Positions 12,694 to 22,702 of a stretch of DNA of 64,000 nt are shown one piece after another (the stretch's first letter is position 1; each line of letters starts with the position of its first letter). Made by a program: the position numbers and the translations under genes. Below the pieces are notes generated by a model. It was not told where the DNA came from and ran no database searches. It worked only from the letters and a program-made list of their open reading frames with translations. The stretch covers positions 18,919 to 82,918 of the forward strand of contig JAZODJ010000012.1 in assembly GCA_045597005.1 (NCBI GenBank). Reading direction: 5' to 3'. The DNA is from Alphaproteobacteria bacterium. GTDB taxonomy: Bacteria; Pseudomonadota; Alphaproteobacteria; RF32; CAG-239.

Positions 12694-13176
12694 TCAACGT
12701 TCGTTTTGCTTAACATCGTTCTTTACAAAAAACGACAATATCGTAGCAACAACAAAAGCTACAATACAAATCTCAGTTACACAGACTTCCAAAATAAAAC
12801 CGTTATGCAGACAAGATTGCACAAAAAATGTTGCACTGCAACCGGTCATCCATGCTGCAAAAAGCAACATATACCTATCCGGCTTAATCCACATAACAAC
12901 TGTTATCATAATAATCGTTATCCAGAACGGAAAGTCATAACCGTTTATTAATCCATTTAATGCACATACCCCAAAAATTGCTGAACACACAGTCAAGCCA
13001 AATTCTTTACCTCCAAAATCATTCATGCTTTTATCAGTAAAGATAACCGGTATAAGTGCAAACAAAACCGTTAACAAAAAGATTATAACCATGCCCCAAA
13101 AGTTTACTGAGGGCAACCCTAAAGATAATGCGGCCGCAATTATTGCAACAGCAAAAAAAGTCGATACTTTTTTCAT
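12694..13176 (-). CDS. hypothetical integral membrane protein
   Basis: ~160-aa ORF with about six hydrophobic segments; own TTGACA promoter-like element and terminator. Confidence 0.7.
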   Translation of the reverse strand: MKKVSTFFAVAIIAAALSLGLPSVNFWGMVIIFLLTVLFALIPVIFTDKSMNDFGGKEFGLTVCSAIFGVCALNGLINGYDFPFWITIIMITVVMWIKPDRYMLLFAAWMTGCSATFFVQSCLHNGFILEVCVTEICIVAFVVATILSFFVKNDVKQNER

Positions 13177-13361
13177 ACGCAAATTTTAATAAATGTTCAT
13201 AAATGTTCATAATATCTCGAATACACAAGACATATACATTCAGACAAATTTTGTCAACAATATTCCTTAATTTTATGCCATAGCAAACCACGCTGTTTTT
13301 GAAACATTTTCTATTATTTCCTCAACTAAAAATTAAACTTTTCCTGATATTTGTTATTATT

Positions 13362-14300
13362 ATGAAACAGGAAATAAAATATAAAGCATCGCCCGAAACT
13401 CAATCCGTCATTAAAAACTGGATTATTTGGCTATCTTCAGAAAAACTATATTCTCAACATACCGTTGATGCATATGCTCGTGATCTTTCATCCTTTTTTT
13501 CTTTTTTAGAAAAATACATTTGCATCCCTCCTCAAATAAAAGATCTTGAAGAAACAGATGTTCGTACCTTCAGAACTTTTTTAAGCAAACAAAAAGCTTC
13601 CGGCATAAGTAAAACATCGCTTGCTCGCAAGCTTTCTGCTCTAAAAAGTTTTTTTAATTGGTTAAATCGCAATAAAATTATCGAAAACAGCGCATTAAGC
13701 GCAATATCATCCCCCAAAAAAGATAAAATATTACCCAAATCATTGGATGTTGATCAGACACTAAATTTGTTGGAAGTTGCTGCTGATTATGCCAAAGAAC
13801 CATGGCAAGGACTTAGAGATGTCGCCATTTTAACAATACTTTACGGATGCGGTTTGCGAATTTCTGAAGCCCTTGCTCTTAATATTGGTGATATTAATCA
13901 TAACGATTTCCTAAAAATACGAGGCAAAGGAAACAAAGATCGACTTGTTCCAATACTCCCCATCGTTAAAGACAAAATCAATGCCTATCTTAATGCTTGC
14001 CCTTATAATCAAAAAAATGGCGATGCATTATTTTTGGGAGCAAGAGGTGAGCGTATAAGTCCACGTATTGTGCAAAGGACTTTAGAAAAGATACGACTAT
14101 CGTTGGGCCTACCTGATAATTTGACGCCCCATGCTCTACGTCATTCTTTTGCTACTCACCTTTTGGCAGAGGGAACAAACTTGCGTTCAATACAAGAACT
14201 TTTGGGTCATGCGTCCCTCTCGACAACCCAACGTTACACGGATGTAGAGATTGAACACCTTAAAAAAGAATATAACAAAGCTAATTTGCTATCAAATTAA
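13362..14300 (+). CDS. xerC: tyrosine recombinase XerC
   Basis: LYGCGLRISE, GKGNKDR, TPHALRHSFATHLL, LLGHASLSTTQRYT; near priA as in Alphaproteobacteria. Confidence 0.9.
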   Translation: MKQEIKYKASPETQSVIKNWIIWLSSEKLYSQHTVDAYARDLSSFFSFLEKYICIPPQIKDLEETDVRTFRTFLSKQKASGISKTSLARKLSALKSFFNWLNRNKIIENSALSAISSPKKDKILPKSLDVDQTLNLLEVAADYAKEPWQGLRDVAILTILYGCGLRISEALALNIGDINHNDFLKIRGKGNKDRLVPILPIVKDKINAYLNACPYNQKNGDALFLGARGERISPRIVQRTLEKIRLSLGLPDNLTPHALRHSFATHLLAEGTNLRSIQELLGHASLSTTQRYTDVEIEHLKKEYNKANLLSN

Positions 14301-14340
14301 AAAACAATAAAAAAGCCGGTCTATCAACCGGCCTCTTAAC

Positions 14341-14508
14341 TTACTTCAATTTTTTCTCAACGAACTCTTCATGTTTTTTTGACTTTTTATCATATTTCTT
14401 CAAAGTCAACTTTTCAGGATGAGTTCTGGGATTTTTTTCAGCAAGATAAAATGTACCTGTACCGGCTGTACTTTCCAATTTTACTTTAACTTTTACTGCT
14501 TTAGCCAT
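14341..14508 (-). CDS. rpmG: 50S ribosomal protein L33 (absent from ORF track)
   Basis: manual translation MAKAVKVKVKLESTAGTGTFYLAEKNPRTHPEKLTLKKYDKKSKKHEEFVEKKLK*, 55 aa, Cys-free L33. Confidence 0.95.
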   Translation of the reverse strand: MAKAVKVKVKLESTAGTGTFYLAEKNPRTHPEKLTLKKYDKKSKKHEEFVEKKLK

Positions 14509-14691
14509 TTTCTTACACTCTTAATTAAAGGTTACAATTCAAAACATTTGAGCGTAATATACATTTTTTTTGGTTTCTGTCAACCATATTTTTTTATATT
14601 TAGTACCGAACAAACACTTTTTTACATATTTTCCTTGATTTTTTAATAAAATTTTCTAAAATTCATCCATCAAAACTATAAAATACATATT

Positions 14692-15099
14692 ATGAAGAAA
14701 TACGTTTATCCTTTAATGGTAGGAATAGCTTTTATATCTCTGCCTTTGGGTTGGTATCTGCCTCAATCCCAATTAATAACTGCGATAGTGTGGCTTGCAG
14801 CCTTAGCAATTTTATTTGTTTATGGCAAAAAGCTTGTAAGAATCTTCCAAGAGTTTTGGGGGGACGAAGATCAAGACAAATATCTTTCCGTCTGTCTTTT
14901 CATCATCTTACTTTCCGCCGGATTTGCACTAAGTGCTTGGTGGCTTGGTGATTTCAGTACAGGATTTTTAGGTCTAGGATTCATCATCTGGCTGATATTG
15001 GGCTGGGTTGCAACTACGGTGCTAACAATTCTATCCTACATGTTCATTGGAGTATCCATGATAATCAAAGATATCATCGATATTTTGAAAAAAAAGTAA
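14692..15099 (+). CDS. hypothetical membrane protein
   Basis: 135-aa ORF with about four TM segments, followed by a hairpin at ~15103-15139. Confidence 0.7.
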   Translation: MKKYVYPLMVGIAFISLPLGWYLPQSQLITAIVWLAALAILFVYGKKLVRIFQEFWGDEDQDKYLSVCLFIILLSAGFALSAWWLGDFSTGFLGLGFIIWLILGWVATTVLTILSYMFIGVSMIIKDIIDILKKK

Positions 15100-15145
15100 T
15101 CTTATCCCCAAACAACCTTCAATCGGTTATTTGGGGATATTTTTT

Positions 15146-16225
15146 TCACATCAAAGTTTTTACAATATTCATTTCAAGTTCGGTATCACTTCTGCTTTCG
15201 GCATAACATTGACCATCTTGCTGTTTTAGCAAATTATCTATATTTTTATCATCAGGCATTTCAAAAGTACATATATCCGGTATTACTCCCTTACCGTTTA
15301 GTTCATTCCCTGACGGAGTAATAAAGAAACCATTGGTAACAGCAACAACACTTCCGGTCGGAAGTTCAATAAGTTTTTGCATACTTCCCTTCCCTTTTGT
15401 TGATGTCCCTATTATTTTAGCTCTTCCCTGCTCCTGCAACGAAACTGCCAATATCTCTGCTGATGATGCCGTCTCTTCATCCACTAAAACAAATATCTTT
15501 TTTCCTTGCCACATCAATTCTGCATCAGCATTATAATATGTTTCTTCGGTAATATCTTTCCCTTTGCTTGATATTATAATTCCAGTATCTAAAAACAAAT
15601 CTACAGCCATAATCGCCTCTCCTGGCATTCCTCCCGGACACCCTCTTAAATCTAAGACCAACGCATTCGCTTTTTCATAATTTCCTAATGCATTTATCAA
15701 CTCTTGTAGCGTTTGTTTATTAAATGCCGCTATTTTAACATAAAGAATATTGTTTTCTAATCTTGCAGCAAACGTTCTCTGATTTCTCCCGCTTATTCCT
15801 TTAACTTCATCAAAATTTGCATAAATCTTAGAATCTTTATCTAGTATTTTTACCATTTCTGCAGCCAAAATATCCATTACCTCAAAATCTCTGCGCGATG
15901 CTTCAGATGAACTATTTACAGCCGCATCAATAATTTGATATGTCAAATTTCCCCATTCTGCTACATCATTGGCGTCTTGAGGCTTGCGAATAGTTTTAAC
16001 TACCTTTCCGCTATAATATAAAGTTATTCTGGATGAATCATTTCCTACACGTAATTTATTATCGACTTTATTCAAACCCTTTAATGTCGCAACAACCAAA
16101 TCTTCTGCTGAAACCTCATAAACATACGCATCAATAATTTTTTTATAAAAATTACCCCATATTTCATCCTTTGCAAAAATTACAGAAGGTATTAACAACA
16201 AAAAAACGAACAAAAAAATTTTCAT
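15146..16225 (-). CDS. S41 family (CtpA-like) peptidase, apparently lacking PDZ
   Basis: signal peptide; LDLRGCPGG, TASSAE (Ser), GKGSMQ (Lys), GVIPD motifs. Confidence 0.85.
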   Translation of the reverse strand: MKIFLFVFLLLIPSVIFAKDEIWGNFYKKIIDAYVYEVSAEDLVVATLKGLNKVDNKLRVGNDSSRITLYYSGKVVKTIRKPQDANDVAEWGNLTYQIIDAAVNSSSEASRRDFEVMDILAAEMVKILDKDSKIYANFDEVKGISGRNQRTFAARLENNILYVKIAAFNKQTLQELINALGNYEKANALVLDLRGCPGGMPGEAIMAVDLFLDTGIIISSKGKDITEETYYNADAELMWQGKKIFVLVDEETASSAEILAVSLQEQGRAKIIGTSTKGKGSMQKLIELPTGSVVAVTNGFFITPSGNELNGKGVIPDICTFEMPDDKNIDNLLKQQDGQCYAESRSDTELEMNIVKTLM

Positions 16226-17017
16226 CTAATCAAACACCGCCATTAAAACCGTATGATCCGAAGGCTTAACATCCTGCCTCGGAGTTTTATCAACCAAAAT
16301 TTTGTTCAATTTATCCATTGCATAAGAATTAAGCCACAAATAATCTATTCTCATTCCCATATCATTTTGCAACGAAGCACCTGCATAATCCCAAAAAGTA
16401 TATCCGTTTTCATCTGGATGATACTCTCTGAAAGCATCATAATATCCCAAAAATTGAAATGCCTTCAAACGTTGAACAACCTCCGGCCGAAACAAAGCAT
16501 TATTTCTAAACTCCTCAGGATTATATACATCATCATCTGTCAGTATCACATTAAAATCCCCTCCTAAAATAATAGGTTTTCTGATATCTGACAACTTTTT
16601 GGCATGATTATAAAAAGCTTCCATCCATTTAAGTTTATAAAGCCACTTAGATTCATCTTCCGGATTATTATACGGAGGATTTCCGTTAGGCAAATAAACC
16701 GATGCAACTCTGTATTCAACACCCTCAACTTCAATTTCAACTTCTATATAACGAGAATTTTCATCCGAAAAATTTGGCAATCCTTCCTCAACCACCTTAA
16801 TTTTATGTTTACTCAAAACCGCCACACCGTTATAACTTTTTTGTCCCAAAATTTTTGCTTCATACCCCAATACCTGCAAATCAAAAAACGGAAAAGAATT
16901 AAATTCCGATTTAATTTCTTGCAACAAAACAATATCCGGCTGTTCCCTTTGAAGCCAAGCTGCCAAATTTTCGATTCGAGCATTTATGGAATTAACATTA
17001 TACGTAGCGATTTTCAT
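16226..17017 (-). CDS. xth: exodeoxyribonuclease III
   Basis: ATYNVNSI, LQEIK, YLPNG, GDFN, RIDY, PSDH. Confidence 0.96.
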   Translation of the reverse strand: MKIATYNVNSINARIENLAAWLQREQPDIVLLQEIKSEFNSFPFFDLQVLGYEAKILGQKSYNGVAVLSKHKIKVVEEGLPNFSDENSRYIEVEIEVEGVEYRVASVYLPNGNPPYNNPEDESKWLYKLKWMEAFYNHAKKLSDIRKPIILGGDFNVILTDDDVYNPEEFRNNALFRPEVVQRLKAFQFLGYYDAFREYHPDENGYTFWDYAGASLQNDMGMRIDYLWLNSYAMDKLNKILVDKTPRQDVKPSDHTVLMAVFD

Positions 17018-17076
17018 ACATTAACTCTTTATTTAACTAGTTATTCTAAAGTTAAACTATAACATTTTTATCAACA

Positions 17077-18246
17077 ATGAAAGCAAAAAAAATGAAACTT
17101 GCAAGTTATGCTACATCAAATGAAAATTCTCGCGGCCGTCTATATCCCGATTATTCCAACATAATTCGATCAGATTTTCAACGCGATCGCGACAGACTGA
17201 TACATTCGGCTGCATTTCGCAGACTAGAGGGAAAAACTCAAGTTTTTGCTTATCACGAAGGACGTAATTATCGAACCAGACTAACTCACAGTATTGAAGT
17301 GGCGCAAATAACCAGAACACTTTGCAAAAACTTACAATTAAATGAAGAGCTTGGCGAAGCTATTGCTCTGGCACATGATTTGGGACACGCACCTTTCGGA
17401 CATGCCGGTGAACGAGGCTTAAACAATTGCATGAAAATGTTCGGCGGTTTTGATCACAATATAAATTCATTAAAAATAATGACCGAAATAGAAACTCACT
17501 ACCCCGCTTTCAAAGGTTTGAATTTAACATGGGAAACCCTGGAAGGAACTGTAAAACACAACGGCCCGATGAAAAATATAACAAATAAATGGCTCAAACA
17601 ATTTAACAAAAAATTTTCATTAGATTTAAAAAATTATCCGTCACTTGAAGCTCAAGTAGCATCATTTGCTGATGATATTGCTTACAACAATCATGATATT
17701 GATGATGGTTTTCGTGCTGGCTTTTTCACCATAAATGATTTATGTGAACTGGATTTTATCAATAAAATTGTATCACAGTTCGACCACGAAAACCCCGGTT
17801 TAAGTGATGACTTACGCATTTATGCCATAACCAGATCCTTAATCAGTGCTATGGTTTTTGATCTGTTAAAAACAACATCTCAAAATATAATTGATTATAA
17901 TATCAAGACTGCTGATGATATACGAAAAAATAAAAATTTTGTTGCAAATTTTTCCAAAGAAATGCATCAACAAATTTTTGATTTACATCGTTTTTTAACT
18001 AAACATTTTTACACTCACAGCAATATTGCTCGTATGGATATGAAATCACAAAAAATAATAGAAGATTTATTTAATGCCTTTATGAACAACTATAAACTTC
18101 TTCCTATGGAACTAAGACCGACAATAGACAATTTATCTTCAGATACGGATAAAGCATCATGCATTTGTACTTATATAGCAAATATGACAGATGCATCTGC
18201 CACGGAAGAACACCAAAAATTATTTAATGTATCTTACCGATTTTAA
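17077..18246 (+). CDS. dgt: deoxyguanosinetriphosphate triphosphohydrolase
   Basis: FQRDRDR, RTRLTHS, HDLGHAPFGHAGE, DDIAYNNHDIDD. Confidence 0.95.
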   Translation: MKAKKMKLASYATSNENSRGRLYPDYSNIIRSDFQRDRDRLIHSAAFRRLEGKTQVFAYHEGRNYRTRLTHSIEVAQITRTLCKNLQLNEELGEAIALAHDLGHAPFGHAGERGLNNCMKMFGGFDHNINSLKIMTEIETHYPAFKGLNLTWETLEGTVKHNGPMKNITNKWLKQFNKKFSLDLKNYPSLEAQVASFADDIAYNNHDIDDGFRAGFFTINDLCELDFINKIVSQFDHENPGLSDDLRIYAITRSLISAMVFDLLKTTSQNIIDYNIKTADDIRKNKNFVANFSKEMHQQIFDLHRFLTKHFYTHSNIARMDMKSQKIIEDLFNAFMNNYKLLPMELRPTIDNLSSDTDKASCICTYIANMTDASATEEHQKLFNVSYRF

Positions 18247-18323
18247 CCGATTTTTGTTAATGTATTATAAAGTTTTTTGTGATAAAAAACATAACAGTAA
18301 CTATATTATGGAGGAGTACGGTT

Positions 18324-19235
18324 ATGCTAGATGACTTTCAGAATGAAAATGACGAAAACAAAAACGGCGATTTCTTAGATGAATTTCGTCAGCGTTTAAA
18401 TTCGCAACCTATTGAAAATTTTGAAGATCGTAAAAATGAAATAAACCGTTCTCAACACGTTTTTTTAGGAACAATACTTGGTGTCGGATTAGCCGGAGTT
18501 GTAAGTTGGTTTATGTTATCGCCTAACTATGAAAATGCTCCCGATGCCGAAATTCCCGTAATTCGTCGTCCTCAAGCAGCAATTAAAGTTCAACCGGCCG
18601 AACCGGGAGGAATGGAGATATTAAATCAAGATAAAACCGTATATGATATTGTTGAGAAAAAAGACACTCTGGATATCAAAGTTGAAAATTTGTTACCTCC
18701 TCCCGAAGAACCTAAGATCATTGCCATAGAAAATAAAAATTTGACTGCTGAACAGGCTGTTTCGGAAACTGAAAATATCATCAAAAATGCCGAAAAGATA
18801 ATTGCATCTGAAGAAGATAAATCTTTACCGACTAAAAATGTCCAATCTCCAAAAGAAACAGAAATTCAACCAACGGTCAAAGAAGAAATTAAGGTTGTTG
18901 TAAAAGAAACACCAAAAAAAGAACAACCTATACAGATCGTTCAAACAATCGCTCAGCCCGAAGATAAACCAATTGATGCTCCTTCAGGAAGTTGGCAAAT
19001 TCAGCTTATATCATCTCCCAACAAAGCAGCAATGGAAAAAGCTTGGATTGATATGACAAAAAAATATTCTGCACTCAAAGATCTTTCTCATGAAGTTGAA
19101 TCTGCTGATTTAGGCTCAAAAGGTACATTTTATCGTCTAAAAGCCGGAGCATTTAAAACTCGTGGTGAAGCCGATAAATTATGTAATTCTATCAAGTCAG
19201 CCGGAGGTTCTTGTTTAGTAAAGAAAAAACAATGA
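18324..19235 (+). CDS. SPOR domain-containing cell division protein (FtsN-like)
   Basis: single TM helix, KVQPAEPGG motif, C-terminal SPOR domain (WQIQL ... YRLKAG.F.....A..LC ... C); GGAGGAG RBS. Confidence 0.85.
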   Translation: MLDDFQNENDENKNGDFLDEFRQRLNSQPIENFEDRKNEINRSQHVFLGTILGVGLAGVVSWFMLSPNYENAPDAEIPVIRRPQAAIKVQPAEPGGMEILNQDKTVYDIVEKKDTLDIKVENLLPPPEEPKIIAIENKNLTAEQAVSETENIIKNAEKIIASEEDKSLPTKNVQSPKETEIQPTVKEEIKVVVKETPKKEQPIQIVQTIAQPEDKPIDAPSGSWQIQLISSPNKAAMEKAWIDMTKKYSALKDLSHEVESADLGSKGTFYRLKAGAFKTRGEADKLCNSIKSAGGSCLVKKKQ

Positions 19236-19888
19236 TAATCCAAATTATCACATCTGCAATAGCAATATTTATTGCCATTATTTTCCATGAAATAGCTCAT
19301 GGATATGTTGCTTGGCGACTTGGTGATAATACCGCAAAAACATCAGGACGATTATCATTTAATCCTCTAAAACATATCGATATCTTTGGCACAATAATTT
19401 TACCTGCTATTTTGTTTTTATCAAAATCCGGTTTCATTTTTGGTTGGGCAAAGCCTGTTCCTGTAGATTATAATGCTTTTAAACACAAAAAGAGAGATAT
19501 TATTCTTGTTGCCTCAGCCGGCATTATTGCTAATATAATATTGGCTTGCGTTTCTGTAATTTTCTTAAAAACATCACTATTCATAGCCCACAACACCTTT
19601 AGCGGAATAATGGCTATGTTTTGGTTAAATATGATATTTTTTAATATTCTTTTTGCTGTATTCAACATCTTACCTATCCCCCCTCTGGATGGATCTAAGA
19701 TATTGTTAGGATGGTCTGATAACCCCAAAATAAAAAAGTTTCTTGCTTCTGAAAAAAACGGAATAATTGCAATAATTACTATATTGTTTATTTTGCCAAC
19801 CCTATTGCAAACATTTGGTTTAAACTTTAACCCTTTGGCGTATATAATAAGGAACACAACAATTTTTATTGCTGACTTATTAATTTAA
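19232..19888 (+). CDS. site-2 protease (M50) family protein
   Basis: HEIAH zinc motif, FGWAKPVP, FNILPIPPLDG; ATGA overlap with SPOR gene. Confidence 0.92.
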   Translation: MIIQIITSAIAIFIAIIFHEIAHGYVAWRLGDNTAKTSGRLSFNPLKHIDIFGTIILPAILFLSKSGFIFGWAKPVPVDYNAFKHKKRDIILVASAGIIANIILACVSVIFLKTSLFIAHNTFSGIMAMFWLNMIFFNILFAVFNILPIPPLDGSKILLGWSDNPKIKKFLASEKNGIIAIITILFILPTLLQTFGLNFNPLAYIIRNTTIFIADLLI

Positions 19889-19897
19889 GGAGTTTTT

Positions 19898-20977
19898 ATG
19901 AATAATCCTATCTCTGCCGCACTTTTGTCATGCAAAAGCACTTCTCTTTCAGATGATGAAAAATATATTTTATCTAAAGCTAATCCATTAGGAATAACTT
20001 TATTTGCCCGCAATATATCAAACAAACAACAAACCATCAATTTAATAAAAGAAATTAAAGAAACAATCGGTCGAGATAATATATTAATTTGTGTAGACCA
20101 AGAAGGCGGAAGAGTTCGCCGTTTACACGAACCGGAATTTCGCCCCTATTCTGCACAGGCAGATATCGGTAAGTTACCTCTCAATGAAGCAATAATAGCC
20201 GCAAAACTACATGCGGAATTAATAGCTCAAGACCTTCAAGAGATTGGAATAAATGTCAATTTTGCGCCGGTATTAGATATTGCTTATTCACAAACAAGCG
20301 AAGCTCTTCGCAGTCGTTGTTTTTCAAATGATTTATCGACAATATCAACTCTCGGAAATACAATGATACAGACATATACCGATAATGGTATAATTCCTTG
20401 TATAAAACATATGCCGGGACATGGATTAGCAACAACAGATCCTCATCTTGGACTTCCTGTTATTGACATTACCTACGAACGCTTAAAAACAGAATTACAA
20501 CCATTTAAATATTGTAAAAATTCTCCGTTAGGAATGACTGCTCACATTTTATTACCGGTAATAGACCCACATAATCCTATAACCCAAAGTAAAAAAGGAA
20601 TCCAAAAATTAATTCGTGAAGATATAGGGTTTGATGGATTGTTAATCTCTGACGCCATAGACATGAAGGCATTAAAAGGTAATGTTATCGAAAAAGCTCT
20701 TGCCTCTTTAGATGCCGGTTGCGATTGCATTTGTTATTGCATGGCCAATATTGATGAACTAAGCCTTCTTGCCGAACATTGCCCAAAATTATCAGACGCT
20801 ACAACAGAACATCTGGACAAAGCGCTAACAATATTACATAATAAAAAAGAAATATCGGATATAAAAACAAAGTCAGCTCAGTATGCTTCAATTATGCAAA
20901 AAATTATACCATATAAAGAAACATACGATGCTACGGAAGTATTACATAAATTGCAGAAAAAGGAAACACAATGTTAA
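19898..20977 (+). CDS. nagZ: beta-N-acetylhexosaminidase (GH3)
   Basis: DQEGGRVRR, KHMPGHG....DPH, SDAIDMKAL. Confidence 0.95.
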   Translation: MNNPISAALLSCKSTSLSDDEKYILSKANPLGITLFARNISNKQQTINLIKEIKETIGRDNILICVDQEGGRVRRLHEPEFRPYSAQADIGKLPLNEAIIAAKLHAELIAQDLQEIGINVNFAPVLDIAYSQTSEALRSRCFSNDLSTISTLGNTMIQTYTDNGIIPCIKHMPGHGLATTDPHLGLPVIDITYERLKTELQPFKYCKNSPLGMTAHILLPVIDPHNPITQSKKGIQKLIREDIGFDGLLISDAIDMKALKGNVIEKALASLDAGCDCICYCMANIDELSLLAEHCPKLSDATTEHLDKALTILHNKKEISDIKTKSAQYASIMQKIIPYKETYDATEVLHKLQKKETQC

Positions 20978-21183
20978 CATGGATTTTAATTGCATTTGCT
21001 ATAGCACTCATCTTTGGAGTAATAAAAATTGAACAACTCAAATCAATCTTTTCCAAAATAGAACCCCAACTACGAGAATACACTAAAAAGGCAAAAAACT
21101 GGAGCGAATCCAAAGTGGCTGAACTTAAAGCAAACGAAGATAAAAAAACATCAGAAAACAACGAAACAGACACAAATAATTAA
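20971..21183 (+). CDS. small single-TM protein, possibly TatA-like
   Basis: N-terminal TM ending LIFG, amphipathic helix, charged tail; AAGGA RBS; overlaps nagZ end. Confidence 0.5.
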   Translation: MLTWILIAFAIALIFGVIKIEQLKSIFSKIEPQLREYTKKAKNWSESKVAELKANEDKKTSENNETDTNN

Positions 21184-21300
21184 TAAAGAAATCTCTTTTT
21201 ACCCTAACCTACTAAAAATATGTAGATTTTTAGTAGGTTTTGTGTTATTATAAGTTATAAACCTAAAGTAAATAGGTATTTTGTTTATGGGAGAATCCAT

Positions 21301-21726
21301 ATGAGCATCGGATCGACACGTAAAATAAGTTCAACGACGCCTACCAGCTCCAAAGTAGACGGACGTTCCTATGCTTCGAACAATCGCTCTCAATTTGTTG
21401 AAAATATTGATACGAATAACAATGTTTTGGTTCGTGATGATAATAACGACCAAAGCCACAACAATAATCAACATCCCCAAAAAGAACGGCAACAAACAAA
21501 CTTTAATACCGGAACAGCAAACATCTCCGGTGGGCTTGAAGCTTTTGCTGTAAACAATATTATCAATGAGGAAGAAACTTCCCCTACAGATAATCGCAAA
21601 ATCGATATTTACAGCAACAATCAATCAATAATAAAAGATGAAGAAATAGAACGCACCGGACGTAGCTACCTCAAACATTTTTATGAAAAAAATGAACATT
21701 TTATAGATATTGATGAACTCGTATAA
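21301..21726 (+). CDS. hypothetical protein (Asn/Ser-rich, low complexity)
   Basis: 141-aa ORF with GGGAG RBS. Confidence 0.65.
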   Translation: MSIGSTRKISSTTPTSSKVDGRSYASNNRSQFVENIDTNNNVLVRDDNNDQSHNNNQHPQKERQQTNFNTGTANISGGLEAFAVNNIINEEETSPTDNRKIDIYSNNQSIIKDEEIERTGRSYLKHFYEKNEHFIDIDELV

Positions 21727-21741
21727 AAAGCGATTGATCCA

Positions 21742-21918
21742 TTATTTCATAGCATTTACAGCATCTTGAGCCAATCCTTTAGTATCATTAGACACTTGCG
21801 TTGCCACATCGCCTACTGTTGTTTGACTATTAATACTTCCGTCATAAATTCCTTTTCCGATAAAAAACAATGCAATTATAATCAATAAATAGACCAAATA
21901 TTTCAAAAATGTACCCAT
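21742..21918 (-). CDS. small membrane protein, 58 aa (absent from ORF track)
   Basis: manual translation MGTFLKYLVYLLIIIALFFIGKGIYDGSINSQTTVGDVATQVSNDTKGLAQDAVNAMK*; GGGAG RBS upstream. Confidence 0.7.
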   Translation of the reverse strand: MGTFLKYLVYLLIIIALFFIGKGIYDGSINSQTTVGDVATQVSNDTKGLAQDAVNAMK

Positions 21919-21975
21919 TATGCTACTCCCTAAGAAAATTAATTACAAAATTTATATATGACAATTTTTCATATT

Positions 21976-22590
21976 TTAAACCTGCCTGCTACAATAAATC
22001 TTATTCATTTTTAATTTAATAAAACGATTTATTGTCGACCAATGAACATTATATATACGTGCCATTTCAGCCTTGGTAACTCCGCTTTCCATCAAATGGT
22101 TTAATTTATTTTCTTCTCCATTAAGATGTGAATATTTAAATCCTGACGGACGTCCTAACTTTCGCCCCTCAGCTTTCACTCTTGCCAAGCTTTCTTTTGT
22201 TCTCTGAGATATAAGTTGTCTTTCTATTTCAGCAGACAAACCGAAAGCAAAAGCTAAGACTTTTGATTGTATATCACACCCGAGTTTATAATTTTCTTTA
22301 ATAGTCCACACCTGGCATCCTTTATTCATACAATTATGCAAAATGCTCATTACCTGCAACAAATTACGTCCCAAACGCGACAATTCGCTTGCTATTAAAA
22401 CATCTCCTTTTTTTAGTTTTTTTAATAAACGACTCAATTTTCTTGAATCCAACTCTTTGGTTGCAGAAATTGTTTCCTCAACCCACTTATCAATCACAAT
22501 GTTATTTTTTTCGGCATACATATTAATTTCAAATTTTTGATTTTCTCGCAACTGATGTACCGTTGAAACTCTGACATAAGCATATATCAT
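21976..22590 (-). CDS. serine site-specific recombinase, Mpi (master DNA invertase)-like
   Basis: YVRVST catalytic motif, ELSRLGRN, DIQSKVLAFAFGLSAEIER.LISQRTKE block recalled from Bacteroides Mpi, C-terminal HTH. Confidence 0.85.
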   Translation of the reverse strand: MIYAYVRVSTVHQLRENQKFEINMYAEKNNIVIDKWVEETISATKELDSRKLSRLLKKLKKGDVLIASELSRLGRNLLQVMSILHNCMNKGCQVWTIKENYKLGCDIQSKVLAFAFGLSAEIERQLISQRTKESLARVKAEGRKLGRPSGFKYSHLNGEENKLNHLMESGVTKAEMARIYNVHWSTINRFIKLKMNKIYCSRQV

Positions 22591-22657
22591 TACAAATTCC
22601 TTTCCCAAAATTAAAACAATAGGAAAACATTGCAAGATTTAACGCTCTAAAACCAAT

Positions 22658-22687
22658 AAAAAAACCGCTCAATGAGCGGTTTTTTTA
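22658..22687 (-). terminator. intrinsic terminator after TPR gene
   Basis: AAAAAAACCGCTCA-A-TGAGCGGTTTTTTT. Confidence 0.8.
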
Positions 22688-22702
22688 TACATTAACCAAT
22701 AT

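Noticed and set aside
13189-13213. Tandem AAATGTTCAT x2 upstream of xerC as a possible LexA box
   Set aside because: GTTC spacing is N6, not the alphaproteobacterial N7; it may be another operator but nothing supports that.
13362-14300. Tyrosine recombinase as a prophage or integron integrase
   Set aside because: Sequence and priA-linked position fit housekeeping XerC; no att sites, attC array or phage genes.
14419-14646. 75-aa plus-strand ORF
   Set aside because: Antisense to the real rpmG gene at 14341-14508.
17077-18246. dGTPase as an anti-phage defence gene
   Set aside because: It sits in the conserved xth/dgt/SPOR/nagZ housekeeping context.
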